In this document: in pieces, positions 9,902 to 21,800 of the stretch
Layout: each line of letters opens with the position of its first letter
Numbering within the stretch: position 1 is the first letter of the stretch
NCBI GenBank assembly: GCA_963665815.1
Contig: OY762463.1
Span: forward strand, 3,072,001-3,136,000
Reading direction: 5' to 3'
DNA: 64,000 nt
Source of the DNA: Candidatus Cloacimonadales bacterium
Lineage (GTDB): Bacteria > Cloacimonadota > Cloacimonadia > Cloacimonadales > JAIOQZ01
Position numbers and translations under genes: made by a program
The notes under the pieces: generated by a model
Databases searched by the model: none
Told to the model about the DNA's origin: nothing
The model's input: the letters and a program-made list of their open reading frames with translations, nothing else

Positions 9902-11350
9902 ATGCTTCTTATCTATCTATCCAGTGGTCTTTTTCTCGGCTGGTCTTTAGGAGCTAACAACGCTGCAAATGTTTTTGGTCCCGCAGTAGGAACAAAAATG
10001 ATTAAATTCAGAACAGCAGCTTATATAACCTGTATTTTTGTTATACTCGGAGCAGTTCTTGAAGGTGCAGGAGCATCCCAGACACTGGGAAAGCTGGGTA
10101 GTATCAATCAAATTGCAGGGTCTTTTACAATTGCATTATCATCTGCGATTACAGTAACCCTCATGACAAAAGCAGGACTTCCTGTTTCTACATCACAAGC
10201 AATTGTGGGTGGAATTATTGGGTGGAACTTTTTTGCCGGAATGCTCACAGATTACAGATCCCTGACCAAAATTTTCGGAACCTGGATTGTCTGCCCTATC
10301 CTATCTGCCATCTTTTCATTCATACTGTTTAAACTTTTTGTAATGATTCTTAAGAAGTCAAAGACTCATCTGCTGCTGAGAGATGCGTATACACGACTGG
10401 CTTTTATAATTGTAGGAGCTTTTGGAGCTTACAGTCTGGGAGCAAACAATATTGCCAATGCTATGGGGGTATTTGCTTCAGTATCACCCTTCAAAAATGT
10501 TACTCTGTTCTCAGTTTTCACTATGACCGGCATACAACAACTTTTTCTTATAGGCAGTATTGCTATTGGTGTTGGTGTAATAACTTATTCTTACAAAGTC
10601 ATGAAAACAGTAGGGGGAGATTTGTTTGAACTCTCACCAATTGCCGGGTTGATTGTTGTTCTGGCAGAATCACTGGTATTGTTCCTTTTTGGTTCGAAAG
10701 CCCTTCATGACTGGCTTCTTACACATGGACTACCAACTATTCCGCTTGTGCCTGTTTCCAGTTCTCAGGCAGTTGTTGGTGGTGTTCTCGGTATAGCGCT
10801 GGCAAAAGGAGGAAGAAACATACAGTTTGGAGTTTTAGGTAAAATATCAGTTGGTTGGGTACTGACTCCTGTTATTGCCGGAATTCTGGCTTTCTTCTCG
10901 CTTTTCATTGTGCAGAATGTATTCAATCAGCCTGTTTATACAGAGAGTAAATTTCTTTTCTCTGAAAGATCACTGGAGAGAATTGAGGAACAGGGAATCG
11001 AGAATAATTTAGAAGACTTAAGAAATATGGAATTTACGAATGAAAAGAAACTACGTAAATTTCTCTCTGTTAATCATGATTTAAGCAGATCCGAAATGGA
11101 AATCATCCACGAGTTTGGGGCTGTTATAAACATAAAAATACCTGAAAGTATCAGCAAAGCTACAATTAGAAAATTCAGCAAAAAAAATCAAAGCATCATA
11201 AAATCACTGTCTGATTCTACATTTGTTTATAAGTGGCATTTGCAGGAAAAGATTATTGAAAAACTTGAAGTCACAGATAATAAGGAAAGTAAAGATTCTG
11301 ATAGAGTTAAGAAGCTGACTGACAAAATTATTGAAATTTTCAGTATCTGA
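9902..11350 (+). CDS. PiT family inorganic phosphate transporter with soluble C-terminal extension
   Basis: Two GANN motifs, PVSTSQA/PVSSSQA; about 140-aa hydrophilic tail. Confidence 0.9.
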   Translation: MLLIYLSSGLFLGWSLGANNAANVFGPAVGTKMIKFRTAAYITCIFVILGAVLEGAGASQTLGKLGSINQIAGSFTIALSSAITVTLMTKAGLPVSTSQAIVGGIIGWNFFAGMLTDYRSLTKIFGTWIVCPILSAIFSFILFKLFVMILKKSKTHLLLRDAYTRLAFIIVGAFGAYSLGANNIANAMGVFASVSPFKNVTLFSVFTMTGIQQLFLIGSIAIGVGVITYSYKVMKTVGGDLFELSPIAGLIVVLAESLVLFLFGSKALHDWLLTHGLPTIPLVPVSSSQAVVGGVLGIALAKGGRNIQFGVLGKISVGWVLTPVIAGILAFFSLFIVQNVFNQPVYTESKFLFSERSLERIEEQGIENNLEDLRNMEFTNEKKLRKFLSVNHDLSRSEMEIIHEFGAVINIKIPESISKATIRKFSKKNQSIIKSLSDSTFVYKWHLQEKIIEKLEVTDNKESKDSDRVKKLTDKIIEIFSI

Positions 11351-11437
11351 TTGATTCTCATGGTCGTTTTCTTTTTTTATTTGTTCTCAACTAAGATTCT
11401 CATTATTTTTTCTAATAGAACAATATCGGAGGAAAAA

Positions 11438-11896
11438 ATGAGAAAGTATTTATTAGTGACATTGATATTATTACTTGTTCCCGCATTACTTATATCAATG
11501 ACTTTAGAAGAAAAAAAGGCGAAGGCAAAAAAACTTGTTGAAGATGGTGTAAAATTCTTTGAAAAGAATGGTATAGAAGCTTCAATTAAAGAGTTTGAGA
11601 AAGAAGGAAGCAAATTTAAAGAGGGTGAATTTTATCTTTTTGGTATGGACTTGAATGGGAAAACCATATTCCATGGACAAAAACCTGCTTTGAAAGGTAA
11701 CAGTATGCTTGAAGTTACTGATGCAAAAGGCATCCACTTTGGAGCACAATTCGTTCTTACCGCTCAAAAAGGAGAGAATGAAGGATGGGTAGATTACCAG
11801 TGGGTTAATAAAGAAGAAAAAATCGCCGATAAAACTTCATTTATCAAAAGAGTACCTGACACAAATTATCTTATTGGATGTGGTTTTTACAAATAG
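11438..11896 (+). CDS. Stand-alone exported single Cache domain protein
   Basis: RBS GGAGG before ATG 11438; signal peptide; YLFGMD, DAKG, GWVDYQW, IGCGFY. Confidence 0.82.
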   Translation: MRKYLLVTLILLLVPALLISMTLEEKKAKAKKLVEDGVKFFEKNGIEASIKEFEKEGSKFKEGEFYLFGMDLNGKTIFHGQKPALKGNSMLEVTDAKGIHFGAQFVLTAQKGENEGWVDYQWVNKEEKIADKTSFIKRVPDTNYLIGCGFYK

Positions 11897-11914
11897 TTAA
11901 GGAGCATTTTATTA

Positions 11915-13474
11915 ATGAGTGTGAAAGCAAAAGTATTGATTATTGATGATGAGCCAGCAATCAGAATGAATTTTCAGGAATATCTGGAGGATTCAGAATA
12001 TTCAGTGATAACAGCACCTAATGGAATAACTGGGATAAACAAGTTCAAAAAGGAGTCTCCGGACATTGTTCTGGTGGATTTGCAGATGCCGGTAATGCAT
12101 GGGCTGGAGGTTCTTTCAACTATAACAGACCTTTCTCCTGAAACCCCAATAATCATTATTTCAGGTACAGGAAAAATGTCCGATGTAATTGAAGCATTAA
12201 GAGGTGGAGCCTGGGATTACATTACTAAACCCGTTGAAGATATGGCAATTATTGAGATTGCGGTTGAAAAAGCTTTGAAGAAAGTACAGATTATTGAGGA
12301 AAACGAAAAATACAAAACTAATCTGGAAGAACTTGTTCTCAACAGGACAGTAAAGCTCAGGCAAAGTGAACAACTTCACAGAATTGTATCAGATTTTATT
12401 TCTGACTTTGTTTACATGCAGAGAGCTGATGAAAACTCAGATGAATTTTCATTCTGGATTACCGGAGCAGTCGAAAAAATAACAGGTTATGAAAAAGAAA
12501 TCTTCACCTCCAAGAAAAAACTATGGAAAAGCATAATTTGTGAGCAGGATATAGCCAGATATAAAGATTCTGTAAAAAAAGTATTAGACGGTGAAAATGT
12601 CAAAATTGAATATTCTATAATTAATAAGGCCAGTGAGAAACGAATAATCAAAGAATATTCCAGACCTTTTGTCGATCAGAAAACAGGCAAAGTTATTGAG
12701 ATTATTGGAGCTATAAAAGATGTGACTGAAGAACGTGCGTTGCGCAAACAACTGTTTCAGGCTCAAAAAATGGATGCCCTTGGGCTTCTTGCAGCCGGTG
12801 TTGCCCATGATTTTAACAATATTTTGACAGCAATACTTGGATACGTTGACATAATAAAAGCTGAGATTCCACCAGCCAAAATAACGGATGAATTTCTGGA
12901 TGAAATTAAAACTGCCGGAGGTAGAGCTAAAGATCTTATCCGACGAATTCTGTCTTTCTCTCGTGAGGATGAAGAAGTACTTCAGGTTGTGAGTCTAAAG
13001 AAGATTATTGAAGAAGTCTATAAAATGATCAAGTCTACTTTCCCAAAGACAGTAAAAATTATTACTGAAATTGACACAGAAGGCAATGTATTGGCAGACT
13101 TTACAAATATAGAGCAAGTACTGCTTAACTTAACAAATAACTCCTTGCAGGCTATCAGCAAATCCAAAGGTAGAATTACAATTGGACTGAAACAGATAGC
13201 ATTCGATGAAATACCTATTGATCTAAAGCCAAATATGGAATCAAAAAAATATTACTGCGTTTATGTTCGAGATAATGGCAAAGGGATTCCTCAGGCTAAT
13301 CTGGAAAAGATATTCGATCCTTATTTTACAACTAAAAGTAAAGATGAGGGGACAGGACTTGGTCTTGCAATTGTACATTCAGTGGTCAACGATTATGGTG
13401 GAGCTGTTGATGTAATAAGTGAGCTTAACTCATTCACTGAATTCAGACTTTATTTCCCTGTACTGGATAAGTAA
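11915..13474 (+). CDS. Cytoplasmic hybrid kinase REC-PAS-HisKA-HATPase
   Basis: IIDDE/DLQMP/KP receiver; AGVAHDFNN H-box; DNGKG, GTGLGL. Confidence 0.9.
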   Translation: MSVKAKVLIIDDEPAIRMNFQEYLEDSEYSVITAPNGITGINKFKKESPDIVLVDLQMPVMHGLEVLSTITDLSPETPIIIISGTGKMSDVIEALRGGAWDYITKPVEDMAIIEIAVEKALKKVQIIEENEKYKTNLEELVLNRTVKLRQSEQLHRIVSDFISDFVYMQRADENSDEFSFWITGAVEKITGYEKEIFTSKKKLWKSIICEQDIARYKDSVKKVLDGENVKIEYSIINKASEKRIIKEYSRPFVDQKTGKVIEIIGAIKDVTEERALRKQLFQAQKMDALGLLAAGVAHDFNNILTAILGYVDIIKAEIPPAKITDEFLDEIKTAGGRAKDLIRRILSFSREDEEVLQVVSLKKIIEEVYKMIKSTFPKTVKIITEIDTEGNVLADFTNIEQVLLNLTNNSLQAISKSKGRITIGLKQIAFDEIPIDLKPNMESKKYYCVYVRDNGKGIPQANLEKIFDPYFTTKSKDEGTGLGLAIVHSVVNDYGGAVDVISELNSFTEFRLYFPVLDK

Positions 13475-13655
13475 TAATTCAAGATATTTCATAATGTAAA
13501 ACACTAAATAAAAACAAGCAGTATCAAACTTCTGAAAGACGGTCAATTCATCCCGTGCATGACCATTTGCATTTATGTATTTTATATGCATTATTGTTTG
13601 ACAAAATACTCCGTCAGAATTTTATCTTCATATCCTAAAATAGAAAAGAGATCTG

Positions 13656-15401
13656 ATGAAAACATTCAAGTATATTGCCCCTATTGTAAAAAAAAGATTT
13701 TTAAATATCATTCTGGGTATTTTAATATTGCTGGTGGTTGACGCAATTCAGCTTATAATCCCGAAAATTGTAAAGAATGCAATTGATGGTCTTGGACAGG
13801 AAGGATTTACTCAGCATGATTTACTTATCACAGCATTAATTATCATAGGGATGTCCGTTGTAATTTATTTTCTGAAAATGCTTTGGAGAATCGTACTCAT
13901 CGGGAATTCATGGAGAATTGAAAAAGAACTGAGACAGAACTACTATAATCATCTTATGCTGATGTCTCAAAACTTCTTCACCAGGTCCAAAACCGGTGAT
14001 CTTATGGCTAGAGCCACTAATGACATGAATGCTATCAGAATGATGTTCGGTTTTGGTTTCATTGCTCTGGTTGATACACTGTTCTTATCTGTAAGCTCAT
14101 TTATGCTGATGGTCACAATTAACTTTAAGCTGACAATGATGGCTATTCTTCCTTTACCGATTATGACTGTATTTATAATAATCTTCGGGAGAAAAATACA
14201 TATAAAATTTAAAGATGTACAGGAAGCATTTTCGGCACTATCCGGTATGATTCAGGAGAACATCTCGGGGATTCGTGTTGTAAAGGCATTTGTACAGGAA
14301 AAAAATGAAACTGACAAGATGTGCAAACTCTCAAAAGAATATGTTGAGAAAAACATATCTCTTGTCAAACTTAATGCTATGTTCCATCCATTCATGTGGC
14401 TCATAATCAGTTATAGTATTGGTATTGTGGTTATTTTCGGTGGTATCACTGTTATCAAGAACGTAATATCTGTTGGTTCCTACGTTGCATTCAGTTCTTA
14501 TCTGGGACAGTTAATCTGGCCTATGATTGCAATTGGATGGGTTGTTAATATGTATCAGAGAGGAACAGCATCTCTGAAAAGAATAAATCAAATTCTTGAT
14601 ACACAACCGGAAATAACAGATGCAAAAGCAGATGACAATCTTACTCACTTTAAAGGTAACATCAAAATCTCCGGGCTTGATTTCGCATATCCGGGAACAG
14701 ACAAAAAAATCTTTGAAGATGTATCCGTAGAAATTAACATTGGTGAAACACTGGCAATCGCCGGTAGAACTGGCTGTGGAAAATCTACTTTGATTGATCT
14801 TATTATGAGAGTATATGATCCACCTGAGAATACCATATTCCTGGACTCGAATCCAGTGTCCTCGTATCCGTTGTCAGTACTTCACTCTAATATTTCAGCC
14901 GTACCGCAGGATATATTCCTCTTCTCTGACACAATTGAGAACAATATAAAATTCGGGAAACCGGAAGCAACCATAGAAGATGTTGAACGTGTTGCCAAAA
15001 TGGCTAATGTATACAATGATATTATTGAATTCAATGAAGGATTCCAGACTGTTGTCGGAGAGCGTGGAGTCACTCTCTCGGGTGGGCAGAAACAACGGAT
15101 TGCAATTGCCCGTGCATTCCTTACTGATCCGGAAATACTTATACTTGATGACTCACTTTCTGCCGTAGATACGAAAACGGAGAAATCAATTATTGAACAG
15201 ACTATTGAGCTCAGAAAAAACAAAACGACAATAATCATCGCACATAGAATTTCTTCAATCCAACATGCCAATAAGATTATTGTAATTGATAGTGGCAAAA
15301 TTTCGGAAGAAGGAACTCATGAAGAGTTGCTTGAGAATGGTGAGTTGTACCATGATCTTCATGAGAAACAACAGATTGCTCAGAGATTGGAGGAAGACTA
15401 A
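13656..15401 (+). CDS. ABC exporter half 1 (MdlA/TM287-like)
   Basis: 6 TMs, GRTGCGKS, LSGGQKQR, non-canonical Walker B ILDDS. Confidence 0.9.
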   Translation: MKTFKYIAPIVKKRFLNIILGILILLVVDAIQLIIPKIVKNAIDGLGQEGFTQHDLLITALIIIGMSVVIYFLKMLWRIVLIGNSWRIEKELRQNYYNHLMLMSQNFFTRSKTGDLMARATNDMNAIRMMFGFGFIALVDTLFLSVSSFMLMVTINFKLTMMAILPLPIMTVFIIIFGRKIHIKFKDVQEAFSALSGMIQENISGIRVVKAFVQEKNETDKMCKLSKEYVEKNISLVKLNAMFHPFMWLIISYSIGIVVIFGGITVIKNVISVGSYVAFSSYLGQLIWPMIAIGWVVNMYQRGTASLKRINQILDTQPEITDAKADDNLTHFKGNIKISGLDFAYPGTDKKIFEDVSVEINIGETLAIAGRTGCGKSTLIDLIMRVYDPPENTIFLDSNPVSSYPLSVLHSNISAVPQDIFLFSDTIENNIKFGKPEATIEDVERVAKMANVYNDIIEFNEGFQTVVGERGVTLSGGQKQRIAIARAFLTDPEILILDDSLSAVDTKTEKSIIEQTIELRKNKTTIIIAHRISSIQHANKIIVIDSGKISEEGTHEELLENGELYHDLHEKQQIAQRLEED

Positions 15402-17521
15402 TGAAACCTGTTCATACCGATGATACTCTGAATAAAAAAGTATATGATAAACAGCTGCTGAAAAAGCTGATTTCTTATCTTGCACCATATAAAGTCTTTG
15501 TTGTTATTTCAATTATTCTGCTGGTTTGTGTAACCGCTGTTGAGCTTGTTGTACCAGTCATAAGCATGGTAGCTGTAGATAATCATATTGTGTCCGGTTC
15601 TAAACTGGTCAGCTTTAAGGATGGAGATAGATACAAAGATGAGTTTCTGGAAACAGCAAAACGGTTTAAACTGGAAACATGGGTTAGAGATGGCAGTTCA
15701 TTTGTTCTGGTTCCGTCAAAAAAAGTCCCTTACTTCGATAAAGACATTTATGCATCTCTCGTAGAATCAGGAAAAATATCCAGGCATGGTGTTTTCAAAA
15801 TCTATAACAATGAAGAAAACAAAAAAATTCTGAAAGATCAGGAGTATGTTGTAAGATCAGAAGAGTTGCTCTTAATTTCTGAAGACATTGTATCTGTTTT
15901 CTCCGGAGAGATCACACTTGCTGACAAGGATATTATCACAATAAGGGACTACTCAATATCCAAACTGAAGCTTCTTGGAATTCTATATCTGATTCTTGTT
16001 ACAGTCAGATTCCTGTTTCAGTATTATCAAGTATTAACAATCAATAAAGCTGCTCAATATGCTATGTTTGATCTGAGAAAAGATGTCTTCGGTCATCTCC
16101 AGAGAATGCCTGCTAAATTTTTTGATACTAACCCGATAGGACGACTGGTAACACGGGTTACGAATGATATTAAAACTCTGGATGAATCTCTAAGTGCCGG
16201 ATTTATACAACTTATTCAAGATGTTCTGACATTATTAGGAATTATTGTCATGATGCTTGTTCTCAACTGGAAACTTGCGCTTATAATATTTACACTTCTA
16301 CCGATTGTTTATATTCACCTCATGACATTCAAAAAGAAAACAAGAGTTATATATCGAAAAGTCCGAAAGAAACTTGCGGAATTGAATGCTAATTTTGCAG
16401 AGGATATTTCAGGTGTTAAAATCATCCAGATATTCAATCAATATAAGTACCGAGCTAAGAAAATATCCGATATCAATGATGGTTATTTTAAAGCCGGATT
16501 CAGTCAGATAATTCTTTTTGGTAGATTCCGCCCTCTTATTTTCATTATGAGATTTATTGGAACGGCAATGATACTCTATTTTGGTGGTGGAGCTGTTCTT
16601 AAGAATACTTTATCTCTGGGACTTATCTTTGCATTCACCAATTATCTGGATCGGTTCTTTGATCCTATTAACAGGCTCAGTGAAAAGTTCAATATCCTTC
16701 AGAGTGCTCTGGCCGGTGCTGAAAGAATTTTCGACCTTATGGACAATGATATTCAGGATTACAGAGATGAGAAAACATCAGTAGATAAAATCTCAGGAGA
16801 AATCAAAATCGAGAATCTCTGGTTAAGCTACAAAGACAACGATGAATATGCACTGAAAGATATAAACATTGATATCAAACCTGGCGAGAAAATAGCACTT
16901 GTGGGTCATACCGGTTCAGGTAAAACCTCAATTGTAAATCTGATTACCGACATGTATGAATTCCAGAAAGGTAAAATTCTTCTCGATAATAAGAACCTGA
17001 AAGATTATCAGCTCATGGATATCAGACGTAATATAGGTATTGTTCAGCAGGATGTATTTCTTTTTTCAGGAACGATTGCAGATAATATCAAACTGGACGA
17101 TGCTGAGATTGATCAGGCTAAGATGGAACAAGTCACAAAATATGTTAATATATTTAACTTTATAGATTCTCAACCGGGAAAATTCAACGAAGAAGTAATG
17201 GAACGAGGAGCTACATTCTCCGTAGGTCAACGTCAATTGATTGCGTTTGCACGTGTTCTTGCTTACAATCCATCAATATTCATTCTTGATGAAGCCACTT
17301 CAAACATCGACACAGAAACAGAATTGATGATTCAGGACGCATTAGAGAAAGTCATGAAAGGACGTACATCAATAATTATTGCCCATAGACTATCCACTAT
17401 TAAACATGTTGATAGGATTATCGTTCTCCATAAAGGAAGAATCAAAGAACAGGGAACTCACGATGAACTGCTTCAAAAACGTGGATTGTATTATGATCTG
17501 TACAGACTTCAATTTACATAG
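15401..17521 (+). CDS. ABC exporter half 2 (MdlB/TM288-like) with extracytoplasmic insert
   Basis: GHTGSGKT, degenerate signature FSVGQ, ILDEATS; about 130-aa loop after TM1. Confidence 0.9.
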   Translation: MKPVHTDDTLNKKVYDKQLLKKLISYLAPYKVFVVISIILLVCVTAVELVVPVISMVAVDNHIVSGSKLVSFKDGDRYKDEFLETAKRFKLETWVRDGSSFVLVPSKKVPYFDKDIYASLVESGKISRHGVFKIYNNEENKKILKDQEYVVRSEELLLISEDIVSVFSGEITLADKDIITIRDYSISKLKLLGILYLILVTVRFLFQYYQVLTINKAAQYAMFDLRKDVFGHLQRMPAKFFDTNPIGRLVTRVTNDIKTLDESLSAGFIQLIQDVLTLLGIIVMMLVLNWKLALIIFTLLPIVYIHLMTFKKKTRVIYRKVRKKLAELNANFAEDISGVKIIQIFNQYKYRAKKISDINDGYFKAGFSQIILFGRFRPLIFIMRFIGTAMILYFGGGAVLKNTLSLGLIFAFTNYLDRFFDPINRLSEKFNILQSALAGAERIFDLMDNDIQDYRDEKTSVDKISGEIKIENLWLSYKDNDEYALKDINIDIKPGEKIALVGHTGSGKTSIVNLITDMYEFQKGKILLDNKNLKDYQLMDIRRNIGIVQQDVFLFSGTIADNIKLDDAEIDQAKMEQVTKYVNIFNFIDSQPGKFNEEVMERGATFSVGQRQLIAFARVLAYNPSIFILDEATSNIDTETELMIQDALEKVMKGRTSIIIAHRLSTIKHVDRIIVLHKGRIKEQGTHDELLQKRGLYYDLYRLQFT

Positions 17522-17535
17522 AAGGTAAAAGGAAT

Positions 17536-18804
17536 TTGAAATCGGTTAAGTATTTAATTGTTGTCATAGTAATTGTGATAGCCCTGATAGGATGCGGAAA
17601 GAAACCTGATCCGGAAACTACTTCTGATATCAGCAAGCGAGATGAAATTGACGTTCTCATAGACTCTATTCTTAAAGCAAAAAGTGAAGCCGAAAAAGAA
17701 TTGATTGCTTTAAAAGACAGTCTTGATGCTGACAGCTGTTTTTCTGTAGATAATTCCCCGGAATACATGGAAGGAATTTATGTAACGTCCTATACTGCTT
17801 TTTCCAAAGGTTTCGATTCTCTTCTTGATAGTGCAAAGGCAGCAGGTATTAATTCAGTAGTTTTCGATCTGAAAGATATGAATGGTACAGTTTTTTGTAA
17901 AGTACCAGATAAATACAAGACTATTGAGCATGACTGGCGAAAATTCCTTAACGTTAAGAAAACCGTTAAGAAAATTCATGATAGAGGAATGTATGCAATA
18001 GGACGAGTTGTGATGTTCCATAACATTCACGTTGCAACTAATGACAGTATTTACTGTCCTTCCGACAGTATTGGCAGAAGATGGGTGGAGAGTAATGTGA
18101 AGGGACCTTCCTGGCTTGATTCTTCTAATCCAGAAGTGCAGAGAGATCTCAAGAACCTTGTATCTTATTTTGCTCAAACCGGCATTGATGAAATTCAAAT
18201 GGACTATATCAGATTCCCTACTCAAGGCAATCTGGATAATGCCAGATTTTACTTTCAGGCGGAAGAAGCCGGAAAACAAGTTCTCGATTCATTATATGTT
18301 CCGAGGCAGAAACCGGACATTATAACGGAATTTGTGAAAGACATTTCTAACATATGCAGGCAGAATAACGTATGCCTTACAGCAGATGTCTTCGCAATAA
18401 TTGCCTGGCAGAGTGAAAGAGATATTCAGAATACCGGGCAAAATCTGAAAAGAATGACAAAACACCTGCAGCGTATTCACCCTATGATTTATTCATCGCA
18501 TTTCAACTCAAACTTTGCATATAGAGAAAATGTAGAGAATGAACCTTATCAGATTGTGTATACATGTGGGAAACAGATTATGGACCATACCGATCCAAAG
18601 TGTAAAGTGATTCCATACATACAGGCTAACAACTGGCATGTTAACTACACTGAGCACTATATTAATGCCCAGATAGAAGCAGTACATAACCTTGGTTGTG
18701 AAGGTTATATCCTGTGGAACGCAGAAAACAATTACTACAGAACTCTCAGATGGCTAAAAAAACTGCGAACCGAATATCCTGAGATATTCAAAGCGTCTAA
18801 TTAA
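17536..18804 (+). CDS. Lipoprotein, DUF4015 putative glycoside hydrolase
   Basis: TTG start, lipobox LIGC; GIYV, VVFDLKD, DEIQMDYIRFP, PMIYSSHF, YILWNA. Confidence 0.78.
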   Translation: MKSVKYLIVVIVIVIALIGCGKKPDPETTSDISKRDEIDVLIDSILKAKSEAEKELIALKDSLDADSCFSVDNSPEYMEGIYVTSYTAFSKGFDSLLDSAKAAGINSVVFDLKDMNGTVFCKVPDKYKTIEHDWRKFLNVKKTVKKIHDRGMYAIGRVVMFHNIHVATNDSIYCPSDSIGRRWVESNVKGPSWLDSSNPEVQRDLKNLVSYFAQTGIDEIQMDYIRFPTQGNLDNARFYFQAEEAGKQVLDSLYVPRQKPDIITEFVKDISNICRQNNVCLTADVFAIIAWQSERDIQNTGQNLKRMTKHLQRIHPMIYSSHFNSNFAYRENVENEPYQIVYTCGKQIMDHTDPKCKVIPYIQANNWHVNYTEHYINAQIEAVHNLGCEGYILWNAENNYYRTLRWLKKLRTEYPEIFKASN

Positions 18805-18814
18805 TTTTCAGATT

Positions 18815-21800
18815 CTAATTGTTGATATAATTCTTTGTTATTCTGTAGAATGTAGGCTTGGAGATATCCAGGAATTTCATGACATCTTCTATAGATCCCA
18901 GTTGATTCTTTAGCCAGACAGCATATTCTCCGACAATATCCTTTGAATCCCATTTATAGTCGAGTTTAACAACAAATTTCTCTGATTTAAGCGTATTGAC
19001 CAGTTCTGGTTGAAGTAAAGCTCTGTATACTGCATATTCCAGTTCTCTGATATTCATAGACCATTCCTGATGCTGCCATTGAGTAACCTGTTCACGCGGA
19101 ATTCGACTAACTTCAATAGATGGATTAGTTTTAATGAATTTACCGGTGAAATGATCAACCAGAACAGGAATATCTTCAGTATGCTCTCTCAATGGAGGTA
19201 CATTGATTTGAAACTGCCTGATACGTGCATAAAGGTCTTTTCTGAATCTTCCTGACCTGACTTCATCTTCCAGATTTCTGTTCGTTGCAAAAACAAATCT
19301 TGTATTAGTAGTCTTTACTCTTGTATCCCCAACGGAAGTGAATGTTCTTTCCTGTAAGAGTCTCAGCAGCTTAGGTTGGAGTTCAAGCGGTAATTCACCA
19401 ATCTCATCAAAGAACAGAGTTCCGTTTTCAGCTGCCTCTATAAAACCCTTTTTGTCCTCATGAGCTCCTGAGAATGAACCTTTCTTGTGTCCGAACAACT
19501 CAGATTCAAACAGTTCTCGTGGAATTGTAGTACTGTTTATTATAATAAGTTCGCCTTTCTGACTGCCTTCTTCGTATAAGGCACGAGCAACAAGTTCTTT
19601 TCCTACTCCGGATTCACCACTTATTAAAACGGCATAAGGTATGGATGATATACTTACTATCTGTTTTTTCAGCAGATTCATCAAACGGCTTTGCCCTACT
19701 ATTCCATGAAAATCAGCCTGAGCATCTGCAGACATTGTTGTTTTCTGTCTGAACAGCTTATCAACAACAATACCTGTAAGAGAAGCGATTGTTTCGAGAT
19801 GAGTGACTTTCTGATCAGGAAGAGGTTTCATATGTTGTCGTGTATGAATATAGATAGTACCTATCAGGTTTTCTCCGACTATCATTGGAACACAGAGAGC
19901 ATTCTTAATCTGCAGCCTGTGTATACTACCGGACATATTGTCCTCAGAAGTGTTGAAAGAAAAAGTTTTGTTAAGGTTCCTCTTGTAAGTAGCCATAATC
20001 TGGCTGCTGTAATGAATTGCCTCCATTCCTTCAGAATAGTCATCGGTAATGTTTACAATGGGAGTAAAATTCTTAATGTTCGAGTCATAAATAAATGTTA
20101 TTACTTTCTCATAGTCAAAGACCATATAGACTATTTCCGACAGAACACGTTGAATTTCCATCAAATCCCTGCTGTGAATAATTCTGCTGATGATAGTCAT
20201 ATAATCAAGAGATTCTTTTGCCACAAGAGACTGCTCTCTTTCCAGATAGCTGCTGAGTTCCAGACATCTATTGAAAAGTCCAAGTCTGTTGAACACTGAC
20301 AGTGCAATTGAAAAGAAATAGGACGATCTCTGCTTCTGTCCGAGTTCAATCAGTGAAAGCCCTGCAAAATAGGAGTTTTCACCAGCAATATATTCAGATT
20401 GAGCTTCGTATTTTGTCAGCTCCACCAGAAGGTGATATTCCTTGTTGTTAAAATCATCCTGAAGGCGATTAAGCTCAGAAACAGGAGCAATCTGCTCATC
20501 TGAATTTGTTCTCAGCAATCTGTATAAGTATTCACATCTTTCATCATTGAGGAAGTGTTTGGCCGAATATAGGATTGCATCAAGTTCATCTGAGTATTTT
20601 CTTTTTATTACATGAAGCTGCTGCTTAATTAACTTTACAAGAGCCTGTGAAAGTTTCAGTTTCTTATCTGACACACTGATTTCAAGATACTTAATCAATG
20701 CTGATGGCAGGTCTTCTTTAGGAATAACATCGATGTAGTTCTCAATATAATCCAGTAGTTTTCCATATTTCAATTGCTTGTAATACATATCTATTACATT
20801 TGCAGAGATAAATGCAGTTTGCTCAGTAGGTTTCACATTGCTTAGAACATGAGTAATACTGTTTGCCAGATAGAGTTTTCCACTTGAATCAAGTACAGAT
20901 AATAATCTTACAAGACACTTATTCAGAAGATAATCACTCCCAAACTCAAGTGCAAGTGTTAATATGTAAGTCCACCCATCCGGATCATACATACCTCTAT
21001 GGTAATAGTAACCTGAGAGCAGGTCTATTATATCAATAACATCCACTGCAGTCCTCAGAGCTTCCTCAATGTAAACGTATTTATCCTCACTGTAATTATT
21101 GAGAATGTAATACGCCAGTTTTTCAAACTCACAATGCCCGGATTCAACCATTTCTTCTATTCCACTGATATCATTACTGAAATTCTTGTTGATTATATTT
21201 AGAAAACTTTCCAGCTTCTTATTCCCCTTGCTTTCCGGTTGTATAAATATGTTATTAAATTCTCCTGAATGATGAAAATGAATTGTTATCCAGAGAATCC
21301 AGAATTTAACATAATCATCACCTTTGGGATTATGCTTCGAAAAATAGTTCGTCAGGAATTTCTCAGACTCTAAGAAGTAACCGTTTCTATAGATAAGTCT
21401 CGCAGCTGTAAGGGCATCATCAATATTTACTTTTAGCAGAATATCAATATTTTGTACAAGATTATCTATTGATTTGCTGAGCCCCTGTATTTTAAAGTTC
21501 ATTATTGAATCAGAAATCTCTGATATATTCATTTCTCTGTCCGGGTACAGGACAAATTCATTGTTTTCAAAAACCAGTGTTTTCCCATTCCATATTATGG
21601 ACTCATTAGCAACAATAAAATCAAGAGGCTGCCCTGCTTTCTTCAAACTTGCTAATTCTCTCAAAGATGTTATTCTTTGTGGCAATCCCGATGAGTTATA
21701 TTTCTTATAGATACCATATGATTCTCTGAATGAAATCTTAACTGTCAGAAGAGCATCCATCAGAACCTGATGAAACTCCACAAAAGATTTATATTCAAAT

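Noticed and set aside
11351-11437. ORF-track N-terminal extension of the Cache protein
   Set aside because: Strong RBS and signal peptide begin at ATG 11438
19691-20299. 202-aa plus-strand ORF and the other short overlapping ORFs in the track
   Set aside because: Antisense or out-of-frame shadows of well-supported genes with no recognisable motifs
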